Source of the DNA: Gekko japonicus
Lineage: Eukaryota
Assembly (NCBI RefSeq): GCF_001447785.1
Contig: NW_015176462.1
Span: forward strand, 89,209 to 153,208
DNA: 64,000 bases
Direction: 5' to 3'
Below, piece after piece: positions 29,351 to 42,549 of this stretch. The notes under the pieces were generated by a model. That model had not been told where the DNA came from. It searched no databases and was given only the letters and a program-made list of their open reading frames with translations. Position numbers and translations under genes: made by a program. Position 1 is the first letter of the stretch, and every line of letters begins with the position of its first letter.

Positions 29351-29797
29351 AGTGGCAAGCTAGGATTAATATAAACTGGATTGCCACCACAATTTACGAT
29401 CTGTTGATGTACTATTTCCATTGAGGGTTAAGATCTGTTCTTACAATTGAATTAAAATATATGCATAACTCTTTTCACACATGACTAGGTTTGTTTATTT
29501 TTCCAGTTCTTAGTAACAGAATGCTTTTATGCTGACCCACTCCACCAGTCCCCCTCCCCACAGTGCTTGGTATGATTTCAGAGCTGCAATTGAATGAGTA
29601 CAATTGGAGAGGGCTAGTAAGAAATTGGTTTTTTGTTTCACATTGGTCTGCGTCATTAAGCATCGGAGGGGTTTTGTAAATTCTCTTTTGTATTTAAGAT
29701 GATGCAGTATAAAAGCTGGAAAAAGTGTAATATAACTGTGTAAACAAATCCTGTTAATAGAAAGATGTACAGATTCATTTTGTACTATATCTTATTG

Positions 29798-29803
29798 AAT
29801 AAA
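29798..29803 (+). terminator. SEL1L: Probable distal SEL1L polyadenylation signal AATAAA
   Basis: Canonical hexamer preceded by several TGTA motifs and followed by U/GU-rich sequence. Confidence 0.6.
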
Positions 29804-30094
29804 GATGCCACTTTTGTGATTGGCCTGTAATGCTGTAAGAACTTGAGTTCTTGTTTCCTGACAACACATCCATATTCCTGTCTCTCAGATTTGGCACTTT
29901 TTGTAGTGCCTAACAGGGCCATTCTGTACATGTGTACTAGAAAGTAAGTTCCATAGGTTCCAGTGTGCCAACTTCCCAAGTAAGTGTGCCCAAGTTCAGA
30001 ATGTTGGACTTCCAACTGCCTTTTACTAAAAGAGGACACTTCTAAATATGTCCTTAGTACAGATGATTCTCACAATGGGGTTGTGTCCTTTTGT

Positions 30095-30660
30095 GTAATA
30101 AGTACAGAGAGGGAGAACAAGGATGATAAGGGGGTTGGAACACCTCCCCTATGAGGAAAGGCTGAAGAGTCTGGGACTTTTCCGCTTAGAAAAGAGGCGA
30201 CTAAGGGGGAACATGATATAGATTTATAAAATTATAATTGGGGTGGAGAGAGTTGACAAAGAGAAACTTCTCCAGCTCCCAAAATACTAGAACTTGAGGG
30301 CATCCAATGAAACAAGATGGGGAAAAGGAAATACTACTTTATACAGAGAGTGATTAAAATGTGGAATTTGCTGCTAGAGGACGTAGCGATGGCCACAAGA
30401 ATAAATAGCTTTAAAGGGGGGATTAGATAGATTCACGGAGGATAGGTCTACCAATGGCTACTAGCCATGGTGACTGAGGGGAACTTTCACATTCAGAGGC
30501 ACTAAGTTTCTGTATCCCAGAGCCAGGAGGCAACATCAGGCGTTAGCTTTGACATCTATGCCCTATTGTTGGCCCTCCAGAGGAACTGGTTGGCCACTGT
30601 GAGACAGGATGCTGGACTAGATGGATCATTGGCCTGATCCAGCAGGGCTCTTATATTCTG
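30095..30660 (+). mobile_element. CR1 LINE 3' fragment
   Basis: Encodes the '[19 protein letters not shown]' CR1 C-terminal motif followed by a CR1-type 3'UTR. Confidence 0.8.
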
Positions 30661-31332
30661 AATATTGGGAGCAGACAGAAGAAGGTGAAATGTACAATCA
30701 TTACTGTAGTCAGTTGCTGCCAGTAGTCTGGCCCAGCACAGAACCATTTGAGATATTGAAAAGGCTTGCCTAAGTGTATTGAATAGTATTAAGCTTTAAC
30801 GCTTTAGACTACTTCATAAAAATCAAAAGTATTCCTGGCTAGAAGTATAGAAGAGACCTTAGTCTCTTCTCTGTATCCACTGTGTAAATTGATTGTAAAA
30901 ATCTAACACACAATTATGATGGCATGTGCATGGCACCGGAGAATATTCAAAATATTTCATATGTTATAAATTCCCTGCTTAGTTTTGGATTGCATGTTTA
31001 TGATCTGAAGGGGAGAATTTCAGGCACAGTTTTGGATTGGAAATACTCAAATGCACACTCCTATTACTGATGTCTCCCACACTGCTGAGAGATCTAGTTA
31101 TTCATGGCAGAGACAGAATTAGAAGAACCAAGGATTCTGATTCAGAGCTCAGTCTCTTAGCCACTTTACTGTGCTGCTCCCAAAATAATCAAGCAGTCAT
31201 CAAGCAAGAATAGTAAATGGATGCAGTCCATTTGGTTTTGAAAAGTTAAAAGTCCATATTGGCCAATATGCTGCATAGAGTATGGGGTGGTATTCACATG
31301 CCGTTGTATCACAGAATTTTGTTTGTATGTAA

Positions 31333-31438
31333 CTTCGGACAGCGCTGGCTCTTCGGCTTTGAAACGGAGATGAGCACCGCAACCCTAGAGTCGGATTTGA
31401 CTGGCTTTCGAGCAAGGGAACCTTTGCCTTTACCTTTT
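31333..31438 (+). mobile_element. Sauria SINE 3' fragment
   Basis: Near-identical to the 3' end of 44653-45002. Confidence 0.8.
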
Positions 31439-31747
31439 TAACTTGGCATCTATAAACAGTGTCTGCTTGTTTGAAAATGGGCAAGGGATGAAGGGGGGTA
31501 GTCTTGCCCAAAATAATGGCCTTTACCTTTGCTGTCAAATTCAACCACAGCTCTTCTTTAGTCAGTGGGAGAATTCTCAAAACGTATCTTGTGTGTTGGA
31601 ATGAATGCTCAGTCGAGTAAAATGTGCAGAAGGGATTTTTTTAAAAGATGCTTTGAGATTTCCCTTCCCCTTCTCCCCCGCCAGGGCAAAAAGCAAACTT
31701 GTGAACTAGAAAACATTTATTTGATTTTCATACAGTTTTCAACAATA

Positions 31748-31850
31748 GATCCAGGTGGGTAGCTTTGTTGGTCTGAAGCCGCAGAACAAAGTTTGGGTCC
31801 AGTGGCACCTTTAAGACAAACAAAGGTTTATTCAAGGCATAAGCTTTCGT
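31748..31850 (-). mobile_element. Penelope-like terminal fragment
   Basis: Reverse complement resembles the tail of the 27904 family and is truncated within the hammerhead (ACGAAAGCTTATGCC). Smaller related bits lie near 36990-37035 and 40845-40885. Confidence 0.6.
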
Positions 31851-32349
31851 ACCAGCAACTGCCCTAGGAGAGCGGGCTAGCACAGACCATGCAATATCCT
31901 ATACTAATATATAAATATGTTGATTTGGAAGAACTCTCTGTTCATGGGGGCTGCTGCCAAGTAAGTGGGCAGAGGAGAATCCCACCCTTGGAATCTGAAG
32001 TGCTTCATGTCTTATTTCTTGAAAATGCATACAACTAGAGACGCCAGCTGCCTGGAGGAAAATGGCCTGTCCCTTTAATTGAGGCTTAATGGGATTGTAT
32101 TTACTGGGTGATGTTCTTTCCCTCCCTGCCCTGAAAAACTTCAGCCGCCCATTTCTACACATTTAAACTTTTGTTAAAGGGAAATTATGCTTTCCCCCAG
32201 GCCTGTTGGCAACGCTGATTCTGCCACACAAAAGTGTGTATTTGCAGGGTGTTTCTGGCTCAATCATAGGCCACGGGTCTTGTCAAAAATACTTGTTATT
32301 GAATATTTCCAAGGCCAGAAAAAAAAGATGTTCCATCAACATCTCATTT

Positions 32350-33268
32350 TTCTATAAATGAACTGGATGAGGGTGGGGAGGGACTACTCATGAAATTTGC
32401 AGATGACACTAAAATGGGAGGAGCAGCGAACACACCAGAAGAGAGACAGAATTCAACGAGATCTAAATACACTGGAAAAGTGGGCAGATGTGAACAAGAT
32501 GCAATTTAACAAGGAAAAATGCCGAGTTCTACATCTGGGTAACAAAAATGAGGAACACGCATACTGGATGGGGGATATACTTCTGGGTAGCAGTGTGTGT
32601 GTACAAGATCTTGGGGTATGGGTGGACTGTAAGTTAAATATGAACAGCCAGTGTGATGCAGTGACAAAAAGGGCTAATGTGGTCTTGGGGTGTATCAACA
32701 GAGGCAGAACATCCAAATCGCAAGATGTCATAGTCCTGCTGTACACTGCATTCGTCAGGCCACACCTGGAGTATTGTGTGCCATTCTGGAGGCCTCACTT
32801 CAAAAGGATGTGGACAGAATGGAGCAGGTACAGAGGAAAGTGGTGAGGATGATTGGGGGCCTGGAGACCAAACCCTATGAGGAAAGGCTGAGGGACTTGG
32901 GAATGTTCAGTCTGGAGAAGAGGAGGTCGAGGAGGGACATGATTGCTCTCTTTAAGTATTTGAAGGCCTGTCACTTAGAAGAGGGCAGGGAGCTGTTCCT
33001 CTTGGCGGCAGAGGATAGGACTCACAATCATGGGTTTAAATTAAGGGCGTGAAGGTACTGGCTGGATCTTAGGAAAAACTTTTTTCCAGTAAGAGTTGTG
33101 CAACAGTGGAATCAGCTGCCTGGGGAGGGGGTGAGCTCCCCCTCACTGGCAGTCATTAAGCAGAGGTTGGACAAACACTTGTCAGGGATGCTCTAGGCTG
33201 ATCCTGCATTGAGCAGGGGGCTGGACTAGATGGCCTGAATGGCCCCTTCCGACCCTTGTGTTCTATGA
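32350..33268 (+). mobile_element. CR1 LINE, 5'-truncated (RT C-terminal half plus 3'UTR)
   Basis: KFADDTK, 'MQFNKEKCRVLHLG', 'RPHLEYCV.FW', 'YEERLRDLGMFSLEKRR'; ends TTCTATGA; frameshifted. Confidence 0.92.
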
Positions 33269-34827
33269 ACACAAGATAGAATTAGGATTCATCTGTGTCT
33301 TTTATTAGCAATTTCCCTTGCAGTTTTAACATATGTAGTAATTTCTCAAACCAGATGAGGGTGCAGTTGTTCATCCCTTCCCTGTCAGAATACAGTAAAG
33401 AATACTTGCTGGAAAGGAAGTTTCCTTGGGAGACCCTCTGAAATCAAGAGCGCATTGAGCATCTCTACCATTCTACCATGCTTTTATGTACTTCGTATGA
33501 AGTACTTTTCAAGGAATGAGTATTTTGAGCAATAACTGGTTCTTAAATGCCTGCAGCTAAACAATAGAAGGGAAAAGCTGCATGATATTTGTGGTGACAA
33601 TGGGAAATGTTCGTCTAGATTAAGGACCCATGTTTCTCTGACCCTATATGCACACTCTATACATGCTCAGAGATACATCCTGAGATTCTTTTGCCACCAC
33701 CTGTACTAATTCTTATTGGATTAGACATGCTGCCTCAAGGTCAGCCCATCCTTTACCCCTTGAATGTGAGTCTGCACGCTTGTTTGGCAAACAGGCAGGG
33801 TCTCCTTGCTTCTCTCTTCTCAGGTCAATATGGTGGAGTAGCTCACAGAGGCTGCAGCTCGCAGCAGGAGAAAACCCAGCAAGTCACTCAGAAAACAACT
33901 CCAAATGATACAAGTTTATCCCAATGCACATGCAGAACAGGTATTAGCACCTGTGAACTACAGCATATAGAAACAAAAGGAAAACACGTTTCTAGCTAGC
34001 CAAAAATAATTGCAGTCTTCAGCACCTTTTCACACCATCTTCCCTCCCAACCCACCTTTCCTGCAGCTGGTGTCTGGGCTTCACGAAAATGACAAGCTGA
34101 TGTGCAGTGTATATCTCTGTGTGGTAGAAGTGTTGTCCTTTACTGCAACTCAAACAGGACAGTCCTATTTCTCTCATAAAGCATAGAGATCTGTACCTAA
34201 CGGGAGCAATCCACTCCACGCACAACATACGTTCTGATGCATGCATGCACATATATTCGTGTGTATAGATGCATGTATGAATAATGTGTATCTGTATATA
34301 TACTGTAATTCATATACATGTGTACATGCACACACAACTGCAGTGTAAAGCAACTGTGTGCTTTTGTCTTCCAGTACATGTAAGAGCACCGTGCATATGC
34401 ATGGATATAGAATCCTGTTCTGTCTACACCGTGCACATGTGTACGCACACTTCTGGTCTTGCTGAGCTTCATCATATCTGTCAATCACCATGGGAACCAG
34501 ATTCCATACTTAGGCCCACCGCCAGTAAGCAGTACATAGCTTTGAGATGTGTTCTTAAACTGGAGAAATGGTTTGTTCTAGCATATGTACTTGGCAGCTC
34601 TCCCACCAGGCAGCCAAATGCTCAGGAAAAGAAAAAACACTGGGATTGTGAGAGAAGGTGTTTAGGATTGGCACGAAGTATGTGAGGTCTGATTTGGGTC
34701 TCATTTTAAATCAGCTGCAAATTTTCCGGGAATCCTCCTGGCCAGTGCTGTCTCAGCCTCTCCCTCCAGTCAGTAATATGGAAAAAAATCATGCCTGCCT
34801 TTACAGTTGTTCAGATTCAACAATTCA

Positions 34828-35022
34828 TGGGGAGGGGCCATGGCTCAGTGGTAGAACATCTGCTTGGCATGCAGAGGACCCTAGGTTCAATCTCTAACTT
34901 AAAAGGATCAAGTAGAAGGTGACGTGAAAGTCCTCCATCTGAGAGTACTGCCAGTCAGAGTAGACAATACCGACCTCGATAGAGCAACAGAGCAAAGTTC
35001 TGTTATAAGACAGCTTCGTGTC
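34828..35022 (+). mobile_element. tRNA-derived SINE (second family); related copies near 7230-7420 (+), 7660-7780, 38820-38945, 41150-41295, 62915-63115, 63270-63460 (-)
   Basis: Head GGCTCAGTGGTAGA...GGTTCAATC (A/B boxes) and a shared body CTGCCAGTCAGAGTAGACAATAC. Confidence 0.7.
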
Positions 35023-35582
35023 TCCCATTTATTGGAAGGAAGAGGCTTACTGACATAATGCATACAAAACACTTTGACTTTTCTCTGTAGCCATCGCACA
35101 GGCATATCAGCAGGATTTGTGTTTTCATGGAGGCCTTCTAGAGACTAGTCCGTCTCAGTTTGTGGAGGACACCACAACTTCACAAGGGCAAGACTGCACC
35201 TTTATTTGATTTTTATCCTGTCCTTACTGTAAGGAGCTCATAATGTGGTGTGCATGATCCCTTCCCCCAGTTTTATCTCAGAGCAATCCTGTGAGGAAGA
35301 TTAGGCTGAGAATGCTGGGCCAAAGGTCCTCCAGTGAGCTACAATGGCAGAGTGGGGGAATTTTAACCTGGCTCTTCACACTCCTAGTCCCATATTCTAG
35401 CCACCATGCCATGTTAACTTTTCTCTCACTGAGCTCTTCAACCAGCGCTGCACTTACATTATTTTTGGATGTTCTAGTGTAATGGTTAGAGTGCGAGACA
35501 CCAGGAGACCCCGGCTCAAACAGAGGATCATCTATGTTCTTTCGAGGAATGTTGGAATAAAAATGTGACCGCATTCTTGTAT

Positions 35583-35842
35583 TTGGTTTGGTGTAGTGTT
35601 TAAGAGCAGTGGACTCTAATTTCAAGAACCGGGTTTGATTCCCCACACCTCCACATGCAGCCGGCTGGGTGATCTTGGGTTAGTACAGTTCCCTCAGAGC
35701 TCTTCTCTCAAGAGTAGTTCTCTCAGAGCTCTCTCAGCCCCACCTACCTCACAGGGTGGGGAGGGGAAGGGAAGGTGATCGTAATCCACTCTGAGACTCC
35801 GAGTGAAAGGCGGGGTATAAATCCAACCCTTCTTCTTCCTCC
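35583..35842 (+). mobile_element. Squam3-like tRNA SINE
   Basis: TTTGGTGTAGTG head, CTCTCAGCCCCACCTACCTCACAGGG body, (TTC)n tail. Confidence 0.8.
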
Positions 35843-37247
35843 TCTGTTTATATAGTCTTTTTCCTAATATGAGTAACAAGGCCCTGTAGAATTAAAATCT
35901 ACAAAATATTCTTCATCACCTGCAACAAGAGTTACCTACATTCAGAATGGTGTCCCAAATCTATTTGATACTGATGCCTGGCTGGTAGTAAGAAACCTTA
36001 AACAAAGGCCTGCTTGTCTCATTTTGAAGGGAATAGTAGAAAGATAGAATTTTATTTCTATAGGCTAATTTTTCAGACTAAAATGCACCTTTTTCTCCAA
36101 AGTTTATATTCATGCTTTGCATTCAGTATAAACTATGTAAACTTGTTTGTGTAGGCTTGGGCTGTTTACTGGACTGATTATGTTGGTCTGAAATGTTCAG
36201 TATTGTTAGATTACGTTTCTAACAAATCTGTTAATTTGACAGTTGACAGTGTAATCGTGTAGTTGCTCCAATCCTAAACTCATTGGATTGCACTATAACA
36301 TATCGGGCACTCTAAATTCAGCTAGATTTAAAAAAAAATTAGGCTTAATCACTTTGCAGTCCCATTTATTTCTAGAGAATTAAGTGCATAGTTAAATCCC
36401 TTTCCAATCAGAATCCATAAGACTAAGAAGTGCTTATCTACAGATTGTGGTGCATTGTTTTGTTTAGAGTCTTGGATATTAGCAAAGTTTGATTCTTCCT
36501 GGGAAGAGTCGCACAGAAGGGAGTGGAATAAAATAAGAATGCTGAACGAAATGACATCATATGATCTCACTCTACAGCTGCCTGCTCTTTTTCCCCCCAC
36601 TGCCCCTCTATTAAAGAAGACTCCCTATCAAGGCTCATATACGTCCTCCAGCATTCTGGCTGGTCGAATTTTTGAAGACACTCCCAAGTAATAGTAATGA
36701 TCTTGTGGAATTTTTTAGAACAATCAGGCGGCAAATCTGAAAATGTTGCTTCTTCCCCCATCTTCAAGCATGAACAAACCCAAACAGACTCTCTGAGCTA
36801 ATGTAGTAATTGTGTTTGCCCGAAAACCACTGGAGACAACATACAATTTGAGCCCATCCTTAGATTGGACTGAGAACACTTGTCCTGGCAGGCAAAAAAA
36901 GATTTGATTAGTAATGGAAATGTATACTCATTCCAGGTAAACGGGGAGCTGCTGGTGAAATGGTTTCACTGCATCAAAAAACCCTGTGAAGCAACAGAAC
37001 AAAGTTTGAGCCCAGTGGCACCTTTAAGCAACAGGTTATACAGGTTTTTAATCCACTGGTTTGCCCCCTAAATTCCTACGCCAGATTCCTTTTCTTCACT
37101 GACTTGCCTAACAAAGACAAAGCCTCTGAAAGGGGAGGGCTAGCTGAACAAAATTCAGATGGGGGACACACATGGAGGCAAGCAAGTTGTGTTATTTATT
37201 TTCCCAGAGCGACTGGGCTGGATCTTGCTAGAGCTTTGCGTGGGGAC

Positions 37248-37851
37248 TATGGTTGCTAAACCCCGCAACCCCCCGGGGCCTGGCCGGGAGATCTCCAGGA
37301 AGTACAGCTGGTCTCCAGACTACAGAGATCAGTTCCCCTGGAGGAGACGCCTGCTTTGGACGGTAGATTCTATTATAACCCACTGAAGTCCCACCCCTCC
37401 CCAAACCCTGCTCTTCCCCAACCTTCACCTCCAAATATCCAGGAATTTCCCAACCTGGATAGGGTTGCTAACCTCCAGGTAGTGGCTGGAGATTTCCTGC
37501 TATTACAACTGAACTCCAGGTGACAGAGAAGTCCTTCCCTTCCCCCAAACCCCAACTTTCTTAGGCTCCACTTAAGGTTGCCAGCCTCCCGGTGGGACCT
37601 GGAGATCCCCCGCTTTTACAAGTGATCTCCAGCTGACAGAGATCAACTCTCCTGGAGAAAATGGCTGCTTTGAATGGTGGACCATGTTGTACCATGCTGA
37701 GGCCCCTCCCCTCCCCAAACCCGACCCTCTCCTGGATCCACCCCCAAAGTCTCCAGGTATTTTCCAACCCAGACCTGGCAACCCTTGCTCCACCCCCAAA
37801 TCTCCAGGTATCTTCCAACCTGGAGCTGGCAACTCTAATCTGGCAACCCTA
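37248..37851. mobile_element. Cluster of TAGGGTTGCCA-ended hAT/Tip100-like MITEs
   Basis: Several tandem or nested units with GGTTGCCA..TGGCAACCCTA termini. Related copies at 47924-48117, 58013-58232 and ~42100-42272. Confidence 0.65.
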
Positions 37852-40193
37852 GCACTGAGGACAAATGATGGTTCTTTGTAGCTGCAGACAGTTCTGGGGA
37901 ATGCTCTAGGGTACACACTCTGTTTGAGCATCCTGCTGGCCAGAACTATTGAATCAGGTTGATCCTTCATGATTTGAAAGTATGCTCCTATATCCCTATA
38001 GTTATACATTGTAGGGGAAGGGGAACACCAAGTGTCTTTCAGGGAAATTTGCACATGATTACTGATCTTCTCATTGATGGATCTTTCATCAATGTCTAAA
38101 TGTGTCCAGGATGTTTTGCAAAACTTTGATCTAACCCACTGAAATGAGTCCTAAGACCCAAAGCAACCTAAACATTAAGTGTTCAGGGCCAAACCTGTAC
38201 CACCACCACCCAAAGCTTCAGGAGATCCTTGGCACTCCACAGCTCTCAGGCCACTCACTGCCATTTTGAGAAGTGCTTTGCAAACATATCTACACGTTCA
38301 GGTATCAAAGCAATTGCTATTTTTGAACCAGTACAATGGTGCACTATGGTAAAAATTTAACTTTTCTTTTGTTTGATGTGTTTTTGGTACTCGGGACTTC
38401 AAATATGCTTTCTTTATTGAACTTAGTTTCCGTTCTTATTCGGAATTCTGTCTCCCTGCTGGAAGTTGTAGGAGAAAGAGAGTTCAGACTGGTTCAGTCA
38501 TGAAAGGGAAACACGTGCATAAGATTTAGGGCATGGCATTGCCAATCATTATTTGTCTACGTGCAAAATTGGTCTTTAACATTGGATGTATTTATATAGC
38601 TACTCCTACACACTAGGTATGCATGTGAACTGATTGTTCCAATCTGACTAATTTATTCCAGGCTATTCTGCAATAAGAACAGACCTTGTAGGCATTTGTC
38701 TAGGGGTGAGCATTTGGTTGTTAACTCATCAAAACTCAAATCAGAAAAAAAATTGTTAATATATAGTTATATAATCAAGATTCGGGTCTGACCATTATTC
38801 AGAAATCTTCAACTTTGCCCCAGCTACTGAGGGTCTCAGGTAAAAGTCTTTCACATCACCTACTGTAGGGACTGTATAGCTGGAGCTGCTATGAATTGTA
38901 CCTGGTACCTTCTACATGCAAAGCAGAAGCTCTGCCACTGAATCTTAAATTATACATAGTATCATTGCTGGGTGGGGTTTTTTGCAAGCAGCGTTTTGCA
39001 CATTCAGCTAGAATAAGAAACTACACTACATAAACAGGTTGTCCAGAGTAAAAATTGCTGGTGGTGTTATCTGATGAAAGAAATCCTGGTTGATATAAGC
39101 AGACCGTAATTGAATAAATGTGCTGAGATGTGTAAATGAATAAAGTATTAATTCTGAAAGGAAAAAAAACCTTAGTTTTTTCATTATGCCTACATATGTG
39201 ACAGAAGGCACCATTTTAAGATTCTTTTATTCCTCCGAGAGGGAGGGGGGAGGAAATCTTCTTCTAAGATGGTGCTTGCTAATTAATGTTTTTCATTTTC
39301 ATACCAATACCAGCTGCTGGCAAAGAACAGAAGGGAGTCTTGCATTGTGTTGATATTGCCGAAATATAAATAAAAATCATCCTGTTTGCCCTATAATACT
39401 TATGGGATGAGCCAGAGAATGTTACATGCAAAAGGTTGTGGGCAATGCTGAGTTATGTTAACCGATGAGTAAATATTGTGCATAGAAGAGAACAGATGAT
39501 CTTGCAAGAGATATCAATATGTCTGGGCATGTTCTGCAGGGCAGCATTCAAAAGAGTTCTATGAGTTAATAGTACTAAGCCATTCACTTCTGGTGGGGAA
39601 AATATCCTGTATTAGATGTTCAGAGGAAAAAAAAATCTTTGCCCATCTGTACATGCAGACCGATGTTCTAGGACCAAATAACATGCAGAGGGCTCCTTTT
39701 TCCTCCAAAGATTTAAAAAAACAGCCTAGGACAGGGGGAGTTTTGATTGGCAGAGGCAGAGGACTTAAAAATCTTTCTCCGGTGGCAGTTCTGATCTATA
39801 TCAGTGGTCTCTCTGTAGACGTTTTCTGAAACTGAATTATACATTGCGAGATCTGAGTACGAATACCCGGGGTAGATTGGCCATTACGGACACCAGAACA
39901 CTTCCTGATGGGCTACTGGCCCGCCCCTTCCCAGGCCAGGCCAGCCCAATGGCAAGAAGGGTGAAGCCTGTCTGAGCTGCATAGAGATGGCAACATCCAG
40001 CTGAGTTGTGGTGTAGTTGGCTTGGCTATGCAGGCAAGGAGATTCTTCCTCCACACTTTGGGGGTTGGCCAAGGGGCAGTTCCTTTTTCTAAGGGCTGTT
40101 TTTTTCTTCCCAATCTGCCCCATGGATTCTGAATGATAAGCATATTCACTCAGTAAAAAGATATGTATTACTTGTGTCTTGAATCCTGATTGA

Positions 40194-40420
40194 TAGCCAG
40201 CTTGGTGTAGTGGTTAAGAGCAGTGGGGTTTGATTCTCCATATGAAGCCAGCTGGGTGACCTTGGGCCAGTCACCATTCTCTCAGAGCTCTCTCAGCCAC
40301 ACCTACTTCGCAGTGTGTCTGTTGTGGGGAGAGGAAGGAAAGGTGATTGTAAGCCACCCCGAGACTCCTTCAGGTAGTGAAGAGCAGGGTATAAAGCCAA
40401 CTCTTCTTCTTTTTCTCTTC
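40194..40420 (+). mobile_element. Squam3-like SINE
   Basis: AGCCAGCTTGGTGTAGTGGTTAAGAG head, same body and CTT tail as other copies. Confidence 0.8.
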
Positions 40421-40628
40421 CCATATTCTCCTCATACCCCAGTTATTCACTTTTTTCTTTAAGTGCCTGCCAAAGGCAGCCTTGCATATAATATATTACA
40501 CTAATAGAGGCTGGAAGTGTTACAAAAGTATGGGTAACTGTGGTACATACAATGGCATACTGTGGCACGTACAGCTGTGGCTCATACAATCCACAGCAGA
40601 ATTAGTCTTGGTCATTTCTAGTGTATGG

Positions 40629-41039
40629 CAGGGGTCATTTCGTAGAAAAAGAGGTGCAGGAGCTCATTAACATGACTTATTAGCATAACTTATTTGCATA
40701 TGCCACACCCCCTGACATCACCGGAAGTGTGTCAGAAGGCAACACCCACTGCTCAGGGTCCACTGGACTGTTTTGGATTGCTAGCTATTGGGGGGGGTGG
40801 GAACGTGCAGATCTGTCCTTGCAGAGGAGGGAGAGCTTGTACCTGAATAAAACTTGGTCTTAAAGGTGCCACTGGACTGTTTTGGATGGGGGGGGGGGGT
40901 CTGCAACTTACCTGGCTGCTTCTTGCTCTGACTGAGGGCTGCTGGGAGCAGGGGGTGGGGCTTGTTGCATGTGCCCGCCCCCTGGGCCCTTTACTGCCGG
41001 AACTTTGCTCCTGTGCACTCCTGCAGGAAATGACCCCTG
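40629..41039. mobile_element. hAT MITE family B, rearranged copy
   Basis: TIRs CAGGGGTCATTTC / GAAATGACCCCTG; flanks do not form a TSD. Confidence 0.65.
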
Positions 41040-42549
41040 GCTTTCAAGAACATCAAGTTTGGGAAGATATACAGAAGAAAGTGCTGCCATGCATGAACAG
41101 AGTAAATATACATGTTTATATGTGCCCTATATTGAGTCAGACACTTTTCTACAAAGGTCAGTACTGTCATCTATGATTGGCAGCAGCTCTCCAGGGTCTC
41201 AGGCAGAGGTTTTTAATTGGAGAAGCTGGGCATTGAACCTGAGACCATCTGCATGCCAAGCTGATTCTCTACTCCTGAGCCACGGCCCCTCCCCTAGGAA
41301 GAGTGTCTGTTCTTCCCCACTGAGTAGCTTGAACCAGGCCTAGTACAGCTGTGATTAGGATAGGAATAAAGAGCCAGCAAACATCCCTCCTAGCATTTCA
41401 TTTTGGACACTGAAGCCAAACCACACATTCCACACAAATGCATGTGGCTTGTTTCTTTGCTGAAAAGTAGCAGTGGGGAAGGGTCAATTTTCAGGAAGGA
41501 ACTATAGGAGGGAGAGCATAACTGGTTTCCTGCTTGCCATTTTTCTACAACTCTCTCCCCAGTTGTTTCCCCCCTCCTTACAGGATCCCAGATGCCTATT
41601 TGCAAAGGTAAAGTTATGCCTGGAGCTCAGCAGGGTGGGAAACAGGTGACAGGAGCTGTCGTGGGTGATTGGGGGAAAAGTTAAGCACCTTTTCCATCCT
41701 TTCCACAGGGCCAGTTCGCCACTGTAATCTGGAGAAAATGTACTGCGTGCCTGGATGAGACCACTCAGGACCATTCTGTGCCCTCTAGTCTCAGTTCTGT
41801 GAGAGGGTAAAGAAGGGGATATAAATGTAAGCAAATAAGTGATGGCACAGAACTGCAGCTGCACAACCTCTACCACTTGCATGACCTCTGCTCTTTTGCC
41901 AAGATGACACCGCATGGGCTTTCAGTTCTCTAGAACTCTTGATTTTACTGAGTGTTGGTAGGTGGACTGCTAGACAGAAGAGTTACTCCTGTCTCAGAGC
42001 ACTGATTTCAGTGGGTTTAAACTCGAGTAGCTCTGCATAGCATTGTACTAACAGACCTAGATCGCCTACTTAGACCAGATGTCTATTTTGTTTGCTGTAC
42101 TGGGGGCAGGCCTGCGAATTCCAGGTTCAGAAATACCTGAAGATTTGAGGGGGGAGCTCCGATGAAATGGAATAAACGTTTTAAAACAAACAAATAGGTG
42201 ATGTATGCTGTCTGGAGATCAGTTGTAATTCCAGGAGATCTCTAGCTCCCACCTGGGGATTGGCAACCATAATTGGGGTGTTGATATTTGTTGCTTTGTT
42301 TTTGCTTACCTTCCTTGGTAAAAAAATAAAAACAAATCCCATGTACTTGACCATGTTATGCTACGACCTCCACGCATTCTTCAGATTAATGGAATACTTA
42401 GTAAGAAGTGAGGGAGTTTGCAATTGTAATGATACAGGACAGAGAATGTAAGAACTAATGTCCAATCCTGAAGGCAGGGAAGCAAACCTTTAAAACCTGC
42501 ATAAGAACCTGGGACTTGACGAAGAACCCCATGAGAAACTGATATGTGA

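Larger units (their letters stand above)
24031..29820 (+). other. SEL1L: Putative long SEL1L 3'UTR
   Basis: Mostly TE-poor, AU-rich sequence downstream of the stop, ending in a UTR-like block with TGTA elements and AATAAA. The extent is inferred; mammalian SEL1L also has a multi-kb UTR. Confidence 0.55.

Noticed and set aside
34836-34895. tRNA gene
   Set aside because: Only A/B-box-like SINE heads are present, with no complete cloverleaf; the same applies to the heads at 44655 and 45111.
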